This document shows, piece after piece, positions 1 through 13,900 of a DNA stretch of 64,000 nt. The DNA lies in the NCBI RefSeq assembly GCF_000315625.1, contig NW_005434654.1, forward strand, positions 314,273 to 378,272, given 5' to 3'. The notes below the pieces were generated by a model that saw only the letters and a program-made list of their open reading frames with translations, searched no databases and was not told where the DNA came from. The number at the start of each line of letters is the position of its first letter. Within the stretch, counting starts at the first letter, position 1. The position numbers were made by a program, and so were the translations under genes. The stretch comes from Guillardia theta CCMP2712 (lineage: Eukaryota; Protista; Cryptophyta).

Positions 1-319
1 CTTCTCGCAGAGCGCTTTCCAGATCGCTTGGGAGAAGGCTCAGGCTGCAGCGGCCAAGTAATTTGTTTCGCGATTCCTATGATACCTCGTCGTCGGAGAG
101 CTGTAATGTCTTTCTTGTTTTGCCACTACAACAGTGGTAGTGCTTGTCTTTCATTGAATCCTGCAAACATTGAATTTAACTCCTCCGCTCCCCCATCCCA
201 GCTGTTCACTTGAACCCCTTGGCTGGGCTAGAGCTTCCCCCGCTTTTCTTCTTAGCTGCTCTCCTTGATGCACGATTGCTGCAGACAAGATCATATTGAG
301 CTGGAAACGATTTGAAGCC

Positions 320-1965
320 TCACCCTTCAGCCGCTGAAAAATCGGAGAACGACTGACTCGCGACCGGTTTAGGCTTTGCCTGCGGATCCTCAGTTTGAAC
401 TTCCGGGATAAAAATGGGGAGGGATACCTCAAAGAGCGAAGGTTTCAATGCTCGGAGATCTCTCTCCACAATCTCAGGCTCGTCCAGCGCAGAGAAGATG
501 TACTTGATGGCATCCACCTGCTCGAGCCAATCACGTATGGAAGGATCGACTGGGTCAAAGAGTACCTCAACGGGCTTGAGCTCGGGGTGCCAGACTCTCA
601 ACATCAGGATGTATCTCATCCTGCAATCATGGCTCATGACATAGCTACTCGAAACAGCCCAATGCACCGATCAGCAGAGTTTTCGGCTTCATGATACAAG
701 GAAGTGTCAAATACGAGCACTTCCCCATTCTTCCATTCCCTGACATGAAGTCAAGATCTTGGTGGCAAGAAAAAAATGAGTTTTGCCTCCGATCCTTCCC
801 CACAGCAATCCAGCATTGACCTTCAGGAACATCCAAGGCGAGATGACTGAAATGGTACAAAAAGACATCTCAGTCGCGCCCAGGCAGCAAGCAAATGCTG
901 ACTAATCACCTTGTCAGCGCGAAATTGCAGTAATCGGAGTGTGGATTGATTTTGCTACGCATGAAGTTAGATTGTCATGCCAAGCAACCCCATAACTTGC
1001 CTCTTGGGAGTCATTCTTGCAAAGAAAGCCTCAATGCAAGGAATCTTGCGGGCCGTGTTAGTATGATCGGTGCACAAACTTTCTGAATGCACCTCAAGGT
1101 CCTTCAGGATCTTGGTGGTCTTAGGGAACAGATGCACATTGATAGGATCCTGCTCAAGAAACAAAATATCAGATGTCTCCTTGCAAAATGCTCCAGCTGA
1201 CTCACCCACACGCAACGATCCATGAGCGCCAACGTCTTCCAATCAGGACCATAGCTCTGAGCTTTTGGGGGGGGTTACGAACAGTTCAGTGTGATGAAGA
1301 AGGAGACAACCAGAAGTGGAGTTTGCAGCAGTAACCCACACATTGTTTCCTTTGGTCTCTAATTCATCCTTCGACTCGATGGCTACTTTCTGGCAAGTGC
1401 TTCTTGTCACATTTCGCAGAAGCCGCTACGACCTCACCTGGAACTCCTCTTGTATGATACTTGCACAATCTCTCAGGTTCTTGGCCCACTCGAACTCGTA
1501 CGGATCGTAGAAAGTCTTTATCCCCAACCCCTCTATGTATGAGTTGCACTCCTGGTACGTGTCGACCTCCTCCACAAACTCCTTGTGCAGGAACTCTTCA
1601 TCCATCCGCCTCCACGACTTGATCACCCTTGACATCGACTTCGGGTTGAACTTGAGCTTGAGAACTTCCTCTACTGCATCCGCAAACTGGATTTGACTTT
1701 GAAGCTGGATGATAGAGGGAACGGTGAACCTCCTAGCCGCTCGCAAACGAGGAGTGGCGACTGAGAACCCTCTACTTTGTGCTGCATGACAGGATTCGGT
1801 CGTTTTACCCGCCGTCACGAAGCTTCTGCTGAGACCAGGGACGAAAGCGGTTCTTCTGCTGGTAGAGCCGACCATACATGTTCCTTCTCTCTCTCCTACA
1901 ACTTCTCCCATCATCGCCGCCACTCCCATTACCGCCAGCACCGCTGCGCTGCCCATGGCCACCAT
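320..1965 (-). CDS. Aspartyl/asparaginyl beta-hydroxylase domain protein (2OG-Fe(II) dioxygenase), multi-exon, N-terminal signal-like peptide
   Basis: Spliced by eye: FYDPYEFEWAKNL...WKTLALMD...FPKTTKIL...AFFARMTPKSKINPHSDYCNFALTSHLALDVP...WKNGEVLVFDTSLYHEAEN...RYILMLRVWHPEL. This contains the HxD...H facial triad and the family WHP motif. Confidence 0.88.
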
Positions 1966-2357
1966 TTGCGATCCACCCCTACCTCCCTCTGTCTATCACC
2001 CCACCCCACTGGAGGGGATACGTTTCCAGTAATCATTTTTAGCCACTGCGGCCCCGTGTCCTCCTAGATTCATCATTGGGACTAGGTGGGGATGTGGTCG
2101 TCCGAATGGGCCAGGTCTGCCTCAGATCATTGAACCCTTTCCGGCATAAAAGCACCTCGCCGTACCCCTGTTTCTGATCCCGTACCCCTCTATTTCAGCT
2201 CAAAGTAGGGGTACTCTAAGTACACCCGTGAGAGGCATCTTCAAATCGGGGGTGGGGTGAAGTACGGGTAGAGCAAAGATACCCCTTTGTCCCCGGTCAA
2301 AGATGGGGTGATCGAGGGGTAGTCAATCACCACTCGATAGGCTTGCGGGACACCGAC

Positions 2358-4464
2358 ATGGTAGCCGGAGTGTCACGAGGAGGCAGCGATGAAGGTGAGG
2401 AAGAGATGGCGAAAGAGTCATGAGGAACAAGCTGGAGCAGGAGGGAGCAGGAGGGAGCAGGAGGGAGCAGGAGGGAGCAGGAGGGAGCAGGAGCAGAATT
2501 CATTTGGCCGGAAAAGCACAGTCATATCCCCTGAGAATCAACGGAAGTCAAAATTCAATTGGTGTGAGATGTAGACAGCAAAATTGGGAGTTGAACTTCA
2601 CTTTCAATGCTAGTACTGGATTATTGCCGTGCAATGATGGCTGAATAAGTTTCATAGTACATGTACTGGAGCTCTTCAATATTCCTCCTGAAGTCATGGA
2701 ACTTCCGGACGAGGATCGAATGAAGTTTGTCAAGTATGCCTTATATCTTCCTTTGTCTTGAAGACCTTTTTACTATGGATTCAGCTCAGTTGTAAAGTCT
2801 TCAAGGAATCATCCAGACAATAGCCATGCACACCAAGGTAATACCCGGAGAAGGCAGAGGGACTGGTGACCTTTCTTCAGCTCATATTCCATGGTGGCAA
2901 GAAATGGCTGTGATGATTGTTATGTTTATTTGGATGGGAATTCCTCCTTTCATCTTTCTCGGTTTGATCTTCATGCCTTTCTTCGGCACATGGAGTCAGA
3001 CAGCTTCTTTCTATTTGGTGAGTTTCGAAACCTCCAGCACAACTGGATCAGCCGTATCGGCGATTTACAAGGATGCAGGCTGTATTCATTCTCGGACATC
3101 ACCCCCTCCCAACGATGTATGATTACTTCAATCGCTGTGGCTTCACCCTCTGGCTGTGAGTCCCTGAGTTCATGGAGCGCCAAGTTGATGATCCGTTTGA
3201 GTAGGTATCGCTACTTCTCCTACCGAATCGTGTGGACCAATGACGCTATGGAGCTTGCGCGCTCCTGTCCTGCATGGGTTGGTGAGCAAAACACTCTGTT
3301 GCATCGTCTTCTGGCTCAAAGTCTGCCAGGAGCGGCAGGTCCACATGGGGTGATGCCTTTTGCGAACGTGCTGTCGATACCCGCGATCAATTCGTTCGTG
3401 AGTGAAGATGAGACTGAGGTGTTGGTGATTGAATCACGATCAGGTCGGCAGAAAGTTCAAGGGGGCGACTGCGAGTGTTCTTAAGCGAGTGCCGTTCCTA
3501 AGGCTTCTTTACTTGTTTGGTTGTGTTGATGTAAGCATCGTTTGAATCTTCGAAGTTCTTCTGATCAGTTATCAGGTATCGAGCAAGACTCTTACAAAGA
3601 CACTAAAAGAGGGATATTGTGTGGGTCTAGTTTCAGATGGTGAGATGTGTGCCACCTCGTGCGATTGAGGACATCTTTCCTGACATATTTGCTTGCTCGA
3701 ACGTAGGGATCGCGGGCATTTTCAAGTGCAGCAAGAATGAGGAGACTTTGTATCTAGCCAACAGAAAGGTCCGTACCTGCTCCCTTGTGTCGTCATAAAT
3801 GACTGCTCTGCTTCAGTCACTAGCGAAGTTTTGCCTTAAGAATGGATGCCCCTTGATTCCTGCGTATGTCTACAAACTCGACAGCGGCGTTTGCTCACGC
3901 TCCTTATCAGATTCTCCGTGGGAAACTCGGAGGCGTTCAGTCTGTGGTTTGACAGCTTCGGGATCCTGGAATGGTTGTCGCGCAAGGTGAAGTCCTTGTG
4001 ATCGTTTCCGGGATGTAAGTCCTCTCATGCTCTTTCCAGGCACAAACAGCTGTGTTTGTCTTCTGGGGCCGCTTCTTCCTCCCCATCCCGTGAGTCACTC
4101 GCATACCTTGTGCTCTTGCTCTGCTATTCTTCTTCCTCACCCTGCACCATCAGGCGGAGAGTGAACATTACTCTTCTCTTCGGCTCGCCCATCATGGTCC
4201 TCTGAGATGAGCTGGTGGCAGCTGACGCGGGACTGACGTCAGCTCATCAGGTCGAGAGGAAGGAGCATCCAACCCAGGAGGACATTGATGAGCTTCACAA
4301 CCGGCTCTTGGCTGCCACCAAGGTACAGAGTCAAACCTTGGACCGATACTCTCGAACTAACGCTGCTTCTACTCTCCCCCCTCTTGTCCCGTCCTCCTAA
4401 GACCATGTACGATGCGCACAAGCACAAGGTTGGCAAGGGTCACAAGGAGCTAAAGATAATTTGA
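2358..4464 (+). CDS. DGAT2: Diacylglycerol acyltransferase type 2 (DGAT2/MOGAT family), multi-exon
   Basis: Spliced motifs GPHGVMPF, DGIAGIF, LYLANRK-SLAKFCLKNGCPLIPAFSVGN, FWGRFFLPIP-RRVNITTLFGSPI and PTQEDIDELH; N-terminal TM segment; stop at 4462-4464. Confidence 0.88.
2433..2496. repeat. 10-bp tandem repeat (GAGGGAGCAG)n in DGAT2 intron 1
   Basis: About 6 adjacent copies are directly visible. Confidence 0.9.
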
Positions 4465-7400
4465 TTGCCTTCCGAGTAAATTTTGTTGATGTACTTCAAG
4501 GCTGAAGGCTCCTCTCCGTAGTAGATCGCAGCCTTGTCTGCCTCTCTCGGCGACAAAGAATTGGCACAAAGCTGCCGGCAGCCGCGGCCCCGGGCCTGCG
4601 GCCGCGGCCCGGCCCGAGCGTCCCGGCGCCGCCCCCACTTCCGCCGGCCCCTGCCACCCTGGCAGTGTTGGTCCTAGTGAGATTCAGTCATTTGTTTAGT
4701 TAAGTTCTTTTCGGATCCGCCTCGGGTGTAATACTTATCGAAAATATTGAAGGCAGCAATATATTGACAGTTAGATTAGGCGAGACCTCTCCCTTCTTGC
4801 TGCTGCCCTTGTCACCTACCTGCAAACACTTTGCTGAGAAATCATACCGGGAAGGGGAACCAAAGAAGGAAGAGAAACGAAGAAAGTTGCTCGACAAGGT
4901 AGCCAAGCTATCCTGATAGAGATCTCTCCCATGTCTGTCATGCTTCATACAAAGTCGTCTAGCTAGCCATGACTGTCCTTGCAATCTCCCGCTGCTCTGA
5001 CCTTTGTTCGCTACCAGGACGATCCCATGCCTCCCAAACGCAAGGCAGAAGAGGCCTTGGATGAGCACAACCACTCCAGCAGGCGCTCCAAGTCAGAGCA
5101 GCAGGTCCACACAGCCCTCCTCTACACCTCTTCCTGACTTGAAGCAGGGGAGCGCCAGTGCCCATGAGCCGAATGCAGACGACAACGAATACCCCTGGAT
5201 TCGACGCATCCGCTTGGACAACTTCATGTGCCATAACAAGCTGACGGTGGACTTTCACAAGTACATCAACATCATCAATGGTCAAAACGGAACGGGCAAG
5301 AGCGCTGTGCTGACGGCGCTGACTATCGCGCTAGGCTGCAGGTAAAACTCATGACCACAAGAAGAGTGTTTGTTGTAGTTTGTTTTCCTCTCTTACGATG
5401 TGCTTGGTCTAATCACGCTCCTAGGCCTAAGCTGACTGGTCGTTGCGATGCTCTCAAGGACCTGGTCGGGCCATATGCGGACAGGAGCATCGTTGAGGTT
5501 GTGATTGTACAGTGTAGAGATGATCCTTATCGTGGAAGCAACTCCCGTGAGAACTGGGACTTTGGGAAAGAGGTCATCATCGAGAGAGTGATCCAGAAGA
5601 CAGGCGCCTCAGCGTTCAAGATCATGACAGAGGATAGGACCGTGGTGTCGACCAAGAAAGAAGATCTGATGAAGATCCTGCAGCATCTCAACTACCAGAT
5701 CGAGAACCCCGTGCATGTTCTCTCGCAGAAAGACGCCAAGACTCTTCTGCAGTCAGCGACCAAGACAAGCTTTTACGACTTCTTTTTCAAAGCAACGAGG
5801 TTGAAGAATGCGTATGATCGCATCAACGAGAACAAGCATCTCGCCGAGCAGCTGACGGAAATCATCAACACGAAGGAAAAGAAGAATGCAGATTGGGAGC
5901 AGAACATCTTCACGCCAGCCAAGGAGGCGTATGACAGCATGGTAGACGCCAGAAGACTGGACGAGGAGAAGCAAGAGCTCGTGAGAGAGCTGGCCTGGGC
6001 TGAGGTGCATGAGAAGAAGCACGTCATAGACAAGTGGCGATCAAAAGCAGCGAGATACGAGGACAAACTACAAGATTTGAACGTAGACCAAGCAACGAGC
6101 GATGCTACCATGGCAGAGTGTGACAGTGCTGTGCAAGACTTGATTGCCAGACGATCGGAGGTAGATGAAGCCTTAGCCAAGATCAAACAGAGGAAGGCTG
6201 ACATCGAGCACACGATCAAGGAACAACAAGATGAGTACAACAAGCTCAACTTCTCTCGCAACGAACTGCAAACACAGAACATGACTCTTGAGAAGGATAT
6301 CGATCTCCTTGAGCAGGAGGTACAGTCCAAGCAAGCTACCGGATCTAAGCCAGCCAAAGTGTCACTGAACGCACTCAAGGTCCGAGACAGAGTCTCTTGG
6401 ACGCTCAAGGCGGTGATTGATCGATTTGCAACAGGTCAAAAAGCAGGAGCTCGAGGCAGAAATAGAAGATTACGGTACACAAAGACAGGAAGCAGAAGTG
6501 CAAGTCGTCTCGCTACGAAATGAGCTGAGTCAGGCTGAGGAAGAGGTAAGCTTGCACGTGCAGCCCTGGCTGGGCTGATACGCTTGCGTTGATCACGTGG
6601 ATGCTGGAGTCTCACTTGGAATGCAGTCATCCATCCTGAGACGAGAACTCGACAGACATGAGAAAGAGCTCGACAGGTTGAAGCTCATCGGAAGCGGAGA
6701 CAGGCTTGCATCTTTCGGGCCTGAGGTGAAGCAGATGGCAGAGCTCATCTCACGTAATCAAGCTCGCTTTGGAGGGAATCCCCCCATAGGACCCGTGGGA
6801 GCTTACATCAAGCTGAAAGACCAGCGATGGTCCAAAGCCGTCGGGAATGCTCTGGGTCGGTTTGCATCCTACTTTTTGGTTCGCAAGAACGCAGACAAGG
6901 ACACCTGCATGTCTCTTTGGGAAGAGAAAAATCCCAGAAGGAGATCGGACGGGAGGACGTCGCTACAGTTTGCAAGCATGAACTCCGACCAGTTTGACAA
7001 GAACATCTGCCCGTACCGTGATCACGATACTATCATGGACGTGATCGAGATTGACAGTCAAGACGCTTTCACGAAGAATGTGATCCTCAACTTTCTGATT
7101 GACACTTGTTCGATCAATGAGATCCATGTGGCTGTCAGCTTTCAAGAGGCTACTGGCATTATCCGCAGACGACTAGAATCAGTGACTTTGTCCAATGGTG
7201 TTATGCACGAGATTCGTAGAGAAGCGTACAGCTTGGACTCAGAGCAGCGTAATGTCGATCGCTGGCAGAGGGCAAAGCGGGATGGATCGGAAGTGACGAG
7301 ACCTGTGTACAGCAAAGCTTACTTCTCCGTCGACGTGTCGGGAGAGGTTGAGAGAGTGAAGAGAAAAATCATCGACACCAAGAGCAAGCTGGAGAGCGCG

Positions 7401-9250
7401 AAAGCAAAGCTTGAGTCTCTGAAGTCTGAGAGAAGCGAATGGGAGAGAAGAGCTGCGGGAGCTACGAAGGAGCTGAACAAGAAGCAGAGGTACGGAGGGA
7501 GTACTCACAAGCACGAGATGGAGAGGCTGACACGCGTGAGCAGCGAGCTGCGTCAGTTGAGAGAGCAAATCGAAGAAGTGATGAGCGAAGAGAGCCTGAA
7601 TGTTAACATCGATGGAACAGCTGTCTTGCAGGAGGTTTGCCTTGACTCTCATTGCCTCTCAGTCTTGAGTGCGTGGAGCTGACTGCGAGACTGCAGGAGA
7701 TCGCAACCAAGCAAGATAGCATCTTCAGGAACAAGAAGGTCATAGCAGAGCTGTCGAAGAAGCTTTCGGAACAAGAGGATAGGATCAAGACCTCGATGAA
7801 GAACAAGGAGGAAATACAAAAAGAAATATCGGTCGTGGCAAAAGACATCAAGCGTATTCAAGAGGAGCTCGTCAAAACTCGAGAGAAGCTTAGCAAGGCA
7901 TCGAGTACGAAGAACAAGATTGTCATGAAGATCAGCGACCTGGAGGGCAGGCTAGAAGCCGCAAGGAAGAAAAAGGAGGAAGCGGACCAGGACCTGCAGG
8001 TAGAGAAGGCATGGAGGAGGTTGAGACCTGCTGACACGGCCAAAAGCTCTACATGGAAGAGCTAGAGAAGAACGCAAGCGACTGGATCGAGAACGAGTTC
8101 ACTGACCCGAGAGAAAGGTCGGCGGTGGAGGAAGAGATCCGAGCGATGGAGTGAGTATGCAGGAGAGGATGGGGGAGAGCGCTAATGGAGATCGCCAGGA
8201 AGAAGATCAAGGAGATCGAGAAGGGAACAGACTCGCACGTGATCGAGATGGAGTACACGCGGCTGGTGATCATCGTATCTCACACATTAGAGGCAGTACC
8301 AGTGATCTTGATGATCTGCAGGAGTCCGAGAGGAAACGACGAGAGCGGCTGTTCCAAGAGATCTCCGAGCTGTCGCACGTAAGGACTTGCATGTTGATTG
8401 TTGACCATCAACATATCGACATCGTCATGACCATGGTCGTCTGCAGAAACTAGTATACAGCCAGAAAATGAGACAGAAGCACTTCACGAAGAAACGAATA
8501 CTGTATGGGGAAATGACCTCCAAGACGTTTGCTCGCTTGGTGACACAGAGAGGCTTCAAAGGAGAATGTCGCTTCGATCACAAGGAGAAGGAGATGACGG
8601 TGTGAGACCCTACACAGACATCTCATCTCTTTTCCTTGTGCTGAGCTGCTTGCTTCTTATCCTCTTTGTTCCTTGCATGGTGATGTTCTTGTTATCTTCT
8701 GACCTGCTCCCTTTCGCTGGGCTCTCGATTTCTCGTCCTAGTCCAATGCAGCCCCCTGACGTCATCTTACAGCCCGTGGTGAGGACAGAGTCTCGAGAAG
8801 AGGAAGCAGAAGAGACGGATGCAGTGGAGATTCGCAACCTGTCCGGAGGAGAACGCTCCTTCTCGACCATCTGCCTGGTAGAGGAGGGAGGCAGGGTGCC
8901 GTAGCTGACTCCAATCAGGTACTATCCCTCAACCAGGTGGATTGTGCACCCATCCTAGCAGTAGACGAGTGGGATGTCTTCATGGATGAGCGGAATCGTC
9001 GGCTCTCCCTGGACATCATTCTCAAGGTTCTCTCTCTTTCTCTTCTGCGAGCTGCTGCAGGATCAGCCGGCATGTCTGGTCGCTGAACATGCGGCAGGTG
9101 TTGGGTCATCGCCCTCTGTCGCAGGCGATCATCATCTCTCCTCACTCCGTCGACGCTGTGGCTGACGGGCCGAAAGTGAAGAAGATCACGATGAGGCCTA
9201 TCGACCGCCTTCAGCGACGGATCTAAATCGTTGAGGGCTACAGTGACGTG
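4369..9250 (+). repeat. Segmental duplication copy 1 (DGAT2 last exon + SMC6)
   Basis: Near-identical to ~10297-15179, with an offset of ~5929 bp. Confidence 0.95.
5027..9226 (+). CDS. SMC6: Structural maintenance of chromosomes protein 6, copy 1 (multi-exon)
   Basis: N-terminal LDNFMCH, Walker A NGQNGTGKS, Q-loop VLSQ, hinge PPIGPVG, signature LSGGERSFST and Walker B/D-loop DEWDVFMD. GT-AG introns restore the frame throughout. Confidence 0.93.
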
Positions 9251-10329
9251 ACTGCTGTTGTCAGGTCTGCTATCCAGCTCACAGGCTGGCTGGCTTGATT
9301 GAGTCAGTCTACAGTTGACTTGTTAGAAATATCCGTATGATGAATAAGACTGAAATCTAGCTACATCGATCTCTTGGTGATGATACGTCGATTGTAGGTC
9401 ATCGACCTGTCATGCGTGTCTGCAACTGATGGATACTGAACGACCTGACAATGTGACCCTAAAGCCTACTGTTACCCTCTATCTCCTTGTGGCAACTTCC
9501 CTAAAAAGGTAACTGTCGGAGTAGGAGCACAAGTCTTCCCGGTCTGAGAGGGTCTGGTGTGCCTTCTCGGCCAATGCAAACGTTTCCTCCTTGTAGAAGT
9601 AGGAGAAGCATTTCCAGCTGTTGTTTTGATCCCAGCCAAGGAAGAGAATACAGGGATTGTTGTGAAACTCTTCTCTGCAGCGCGACCGCTTGCTTGACGA
9701 TACATTGCAGCAAGAATCGGGGGATCATTCAATCCGACATTTGCAGATGCTCTCTTCCTCTTGGTATCTACTAACTTCCTGTCAACAATGTGCGACTCGA
9801 GGAGAATGCTCATAGGAGGTATCAACTGTTGCTGCAGTTCGCCATTCTAGGACTAGGGGTTGAGGTAGATGTGGATTGAGATGCCTCGCAGAAAATAAAT
9901 TGCATCATGGCAGTAAGTTTCGGACTCAATGAAAGTAAAGATCGATCAAATCGATCAAATCGGTACAAGGCATCGTGATTTCCATGACAGTCGTCAGAGT
10001 CATGGCAATGGAGAAGCAGTGTGGCAAGCTGGACAGGAAATAGAGAGCCACCTTACACGTCCGCCCAGACGAAAGGCCTTCATCACCACTGCACAGTGCA
10101 GTTGATAGGTGGCAGACAGTCAAAGTACTCGCACGATGATGGGATGGGAGATCTTATGTTGACTGCTGCTGCCCTTGCCTACTTCCTCAATACAGAGGTG
10201 GAGGAGGGTCGGTCGAAGAAAGTTGCTCGAGAAGCCAGTCGAGTCTGAGAGTGGAATAGAGAAGGAGCTAGAAGAAAGACAGAATTCAGATGATGGTACT
10301 CTCCCCCCTCTTGTCCCGTCCTCCTAAGA

Positions 10330-10391
10330 CCATGTACGATGCGCACAAGCACAAGGTTGGCAAGGGTCACAAGGAGCTAAAGATAATTTGA
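10330..10391 (+). pseudogene. Orphan duplicate of the DGAT2 terminal exon (TMYDAHKHKVGKGHKELKII*)
   Basis: Identical to ~4403-4464, but the upstream DGAT2 exons are absent. Confidence 0.8.
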
Positions 10392-10955
10392 TTGCCTTCC
10401 GAGTAAATTTTGTTGATGTACTTCAAGGCTGAAGGCTCCTCTCCGTAGTAGATCGCAGCCTTGTCTGCCTCTCTCGGCGACAAAGAATTGGCACAAAGCT
10501 GCCGGCAGCCGCGGCCCCGGGCCTGCGGCCGCGGCCCGGCCCGAGCGTCCCGGCGCCGCCCCCACTTCGGCGCCGGCCCCTGCCACCCTGGCAGTGTTGG
10601 TCCTAGTGAGATTCAGTCATTTGTTTAGTTAAGTTCTTTTCGGATCCGCCTCGGGTGTAATACTTATCGAATATATTGAAGGCAGCAATATATTGACAGT
10701 TAGATTAGGCGAGACCTCTCCCTTCTTGCTGCTGCCCTTGTCACCTACCTGCAAACACTTTGCTGAGAAATCATACCGGGAAGGGGAACCAAAGAAGGAA
10801 GAGAAACGAAGAAAGTTGCTCGACAAGGTAGCCAAGCTATCCTGATAGAGATCTCTCCCATGTCTGTCATGCTTCATACAAAGTCGTCTAGCTAGCCATG
10901 ACTGTCCTTGCAATCTCCCGCTGCTCTGACCTTTGTTCGCTACCAGGACGATCCC

Positions 10956-13900
10956 ATGCCTCCCAAACGCAAGGCAGAAGAGGCCTTGGATGAGCACAAC
11001 CACTCCAGCAGGCGCTCCAAGTCAGAGCAGCAGGTCCACACAGCCCTCCTCTACACCTCTTCCTGACTTGAAGCAGGGGAGCACCAGTGCCCATGAGCCG
11101 AATGCAGACGACAACGAATACCCCTGGATTCGACGCATCCGCTTGGACAACTTCATGTGCCATAACAAGCTGACGGTGGACTTTCACAAGTACATCAACA
11201 TCATCAATGGTCAAAACGGAACGGGCAAGAGCGCTGTGCTGACGGCGCTGACTATCGCGGTAGGCTGCAGGTAAAACTCATGACCACAAGAAGAGTGTTT
11301 GTTGTAGTTTGTTTTCCTCTCTTACGATGTGCTTGGTCTAATCACGCTCCTAGGCCTAAGCTGACTGGTCGTTGCGATGCTCTCAAGGACCTGGTCGGGC
11401 CATATGCGGACAGGAGCATCGTTGAGGTTGTGATTGTACAGTGTAGAGATGATCCTTATCGTGGAAGCAACTCCCGTGAGAACTGGGACTTTGGGAAAGA
11501 GGTCATCATCGAGAGAGTGATCCAGAAGACAGGCGCCTCAGCGTTCAAGATCATGACAGAGGATAGGACCGTGGTGTCGACCAAGAAAGAAGATCTGATG
11601 AAGATCCTGCAGCATCTCAACTACCAGATCGAGAACCCCGTGCATGTTCTCTCGCAGAAAGACGCCAAGACTCTTCTGCAGTCAGCGACCAAGACAAGCT
11701 TTTACGACTTCTTTTTCAAAGCAACGAGGTTGAAGAATGCGTATGATCGCATCAACGAGAACAAGCATCTCGCCGAGCAGCTGACGGAAATCATCAACAC
11801 GAAGGAAAAGAAGAATGCAGATTGGGAGCAGAACATCTTCACGCCAGCCAAGGAGGCGTATGACAGCATGGTAGACGCCAGAAGACTGGACGAGGAGAAG
11901 CAAGAGCTCGTGAGAGAGCTGGCCTGGGCTGAGGTGCATGAGAAGAAGCACGTCATAGACAAGTGGCGATCAAAAGCAGCGAGATACGAGGACAAACTAC
12001 AAGATTTGAACGTAGACCAAGCAACGAGCGATGCTACCATGGCAGAGTGTGACAGTGCTGTGCAAGACTTGATTGCCAGACGATCGGAGGTAGATGAAGC
12101 CTTAGCCAAGATCAAACAGAGGAAGGCTGACATCGAGCACACGATCAAGGAACAACAAGATGAGTACAACAAGCTCAACTTCTCTCGCAACGAACTGCAA
12201 ACACAGAACACGGCTCTTGAGAAGGATATCGATCTCCTTGAGCAGGAGGTACAGTCCAAGCAAGCTACCGGATCTAAGCCAGCCAAAGTGTCACTGAACG
12301 CACTCAAGGTCCGAGACAGAGTCTCTTGGACGCTCAAGGCGGTGATTGATCGATTTGCAACAGGTCAAAAAGCAGGAGCTCGAGGCAGAAATAGAAGATT
12401 ACGGTACACAAAGACAGGAAGCAGAAGTGCAAGTCGTCTCGCTACGAAATGAGCTGAGTCAGGCTGAGGAAGAGGTAAGCTTGCACGTGCAGCCCTGGCT
12501 GGGCTGATACGCTTGCGTTGATCACGTGGATGCTGGAGTCTCACTTGGAATGCAGTCATCCATCCTGAGACGAGAACTCGACAGACATGAGAAAGAGCTC
12601 GACAGGTTGAAGCTCATCGGAAGCGGAGACAGGCTTGCATCTTTCGGGCCTGAGGTGAAGCAGATGGCAGAGCTCATCTCACGTAATCAAGCTCGCTTTG
12701 GAGGGAATCCCCCCATAGGACCCGTGGGAGCTTACATCAAGCTGAAAGACCAGCGATGGTCCAAAGCCGTCGGGAATGCTCTGGGTCGGTTTGCATCCTA
12801 CTTTTTGGTTCGCAAGAACGCAGACAAGGACACCTGCATGTCTCTTTGGGAAGAGAAAAATCCCGGACGGAGATCGGACGGGAGGACGTCGCTACAGTTT
12901 GCAAGCATGAACTCCGACCAGTTTGACAAGAACATCTGCCCGTACCGTGATCACGATACTATCATGGACGTGATCGAGATTGACAGTCAAGACGCTTTCA
13001 CGAAGAATGTGATCCTCAACTTTCTGATTGACACTTGTTCGATCAATGAGATCCATGTGGCTGTCAGCTTTCAAGAGGCTACTGGCATTATCCGCAGACG
13101 ACTAGAATCAGTGACTTTGTCCAATGGTGTTATGCACGAGATTCGTAGAGAAGCGTACAGCTTGGACTCAGAGCAGCGTAATGTCGATCGCTGGCAGAGG
13201 GCAAAGCGGGATGGATCGGAAGTGACGAGACCTGTGTACAGCAAAGCTTACTTCTCCGTCGACGTGTCGGGAGAGGTTGAGAGAGTGAAGAGCATCATCG
13301 TCGACACCAAGAGCAAGCTGGAGAGCGCGAAAGCAAAGCTTGAGTCTCTGAAGTCTGAGAGAAGCGAATGGGAGAGAAGAGCTGCGGGAGCTACGAAGGA
13401 GCTGAACAAGAAGCAGAGGTACGGAGGGAGTACTCACAAGCACGAGATGGAGAGGCTGACACGCGTGAGCAGCGAGCTGCGTCAGTTGAGAGAGCAAATC
13501 GAAGAAGTGATGAGCGAAGAGAGCCTGAATGTTAACATCGATGGAACAGCTGTCTTGCAGGAGGTTTGCCTTGACTCTCATTGCCTCTCAGTCTTGAGTG
13601 CGTGGAGCTGACTGCGAGACTGCAGGAGATCGCAACCAAGCAAGATAGCATCTTCAGGAACAAGAAGGTCATAGCAGAGCTGTCGAAGAAGCTTTCGGAA
13701 CAAGAGGATAGGATCAAGACCTCGATGAAGAACAAGGAGGAAATACAAAAAGAAATATCGGTCGTGGCAAAAGACATCAAGCGTATTCAAGAGGAGCTCG
13801 TCAAAACTCGAGAGAAGCTTAGCAAGGCAGAGAGTACGAAGAACAAGATTGTCATGAAGATCAGCGACCTGGAGGGCAGGCTAGAAGCCGCAAGGAAGAA

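Noticed and set aside
5351-8904. SMC6 split into several ORFs suggesting a pseudogene
   Set aside because: Each break is explained by a short GT-AG intron that restores the frame.
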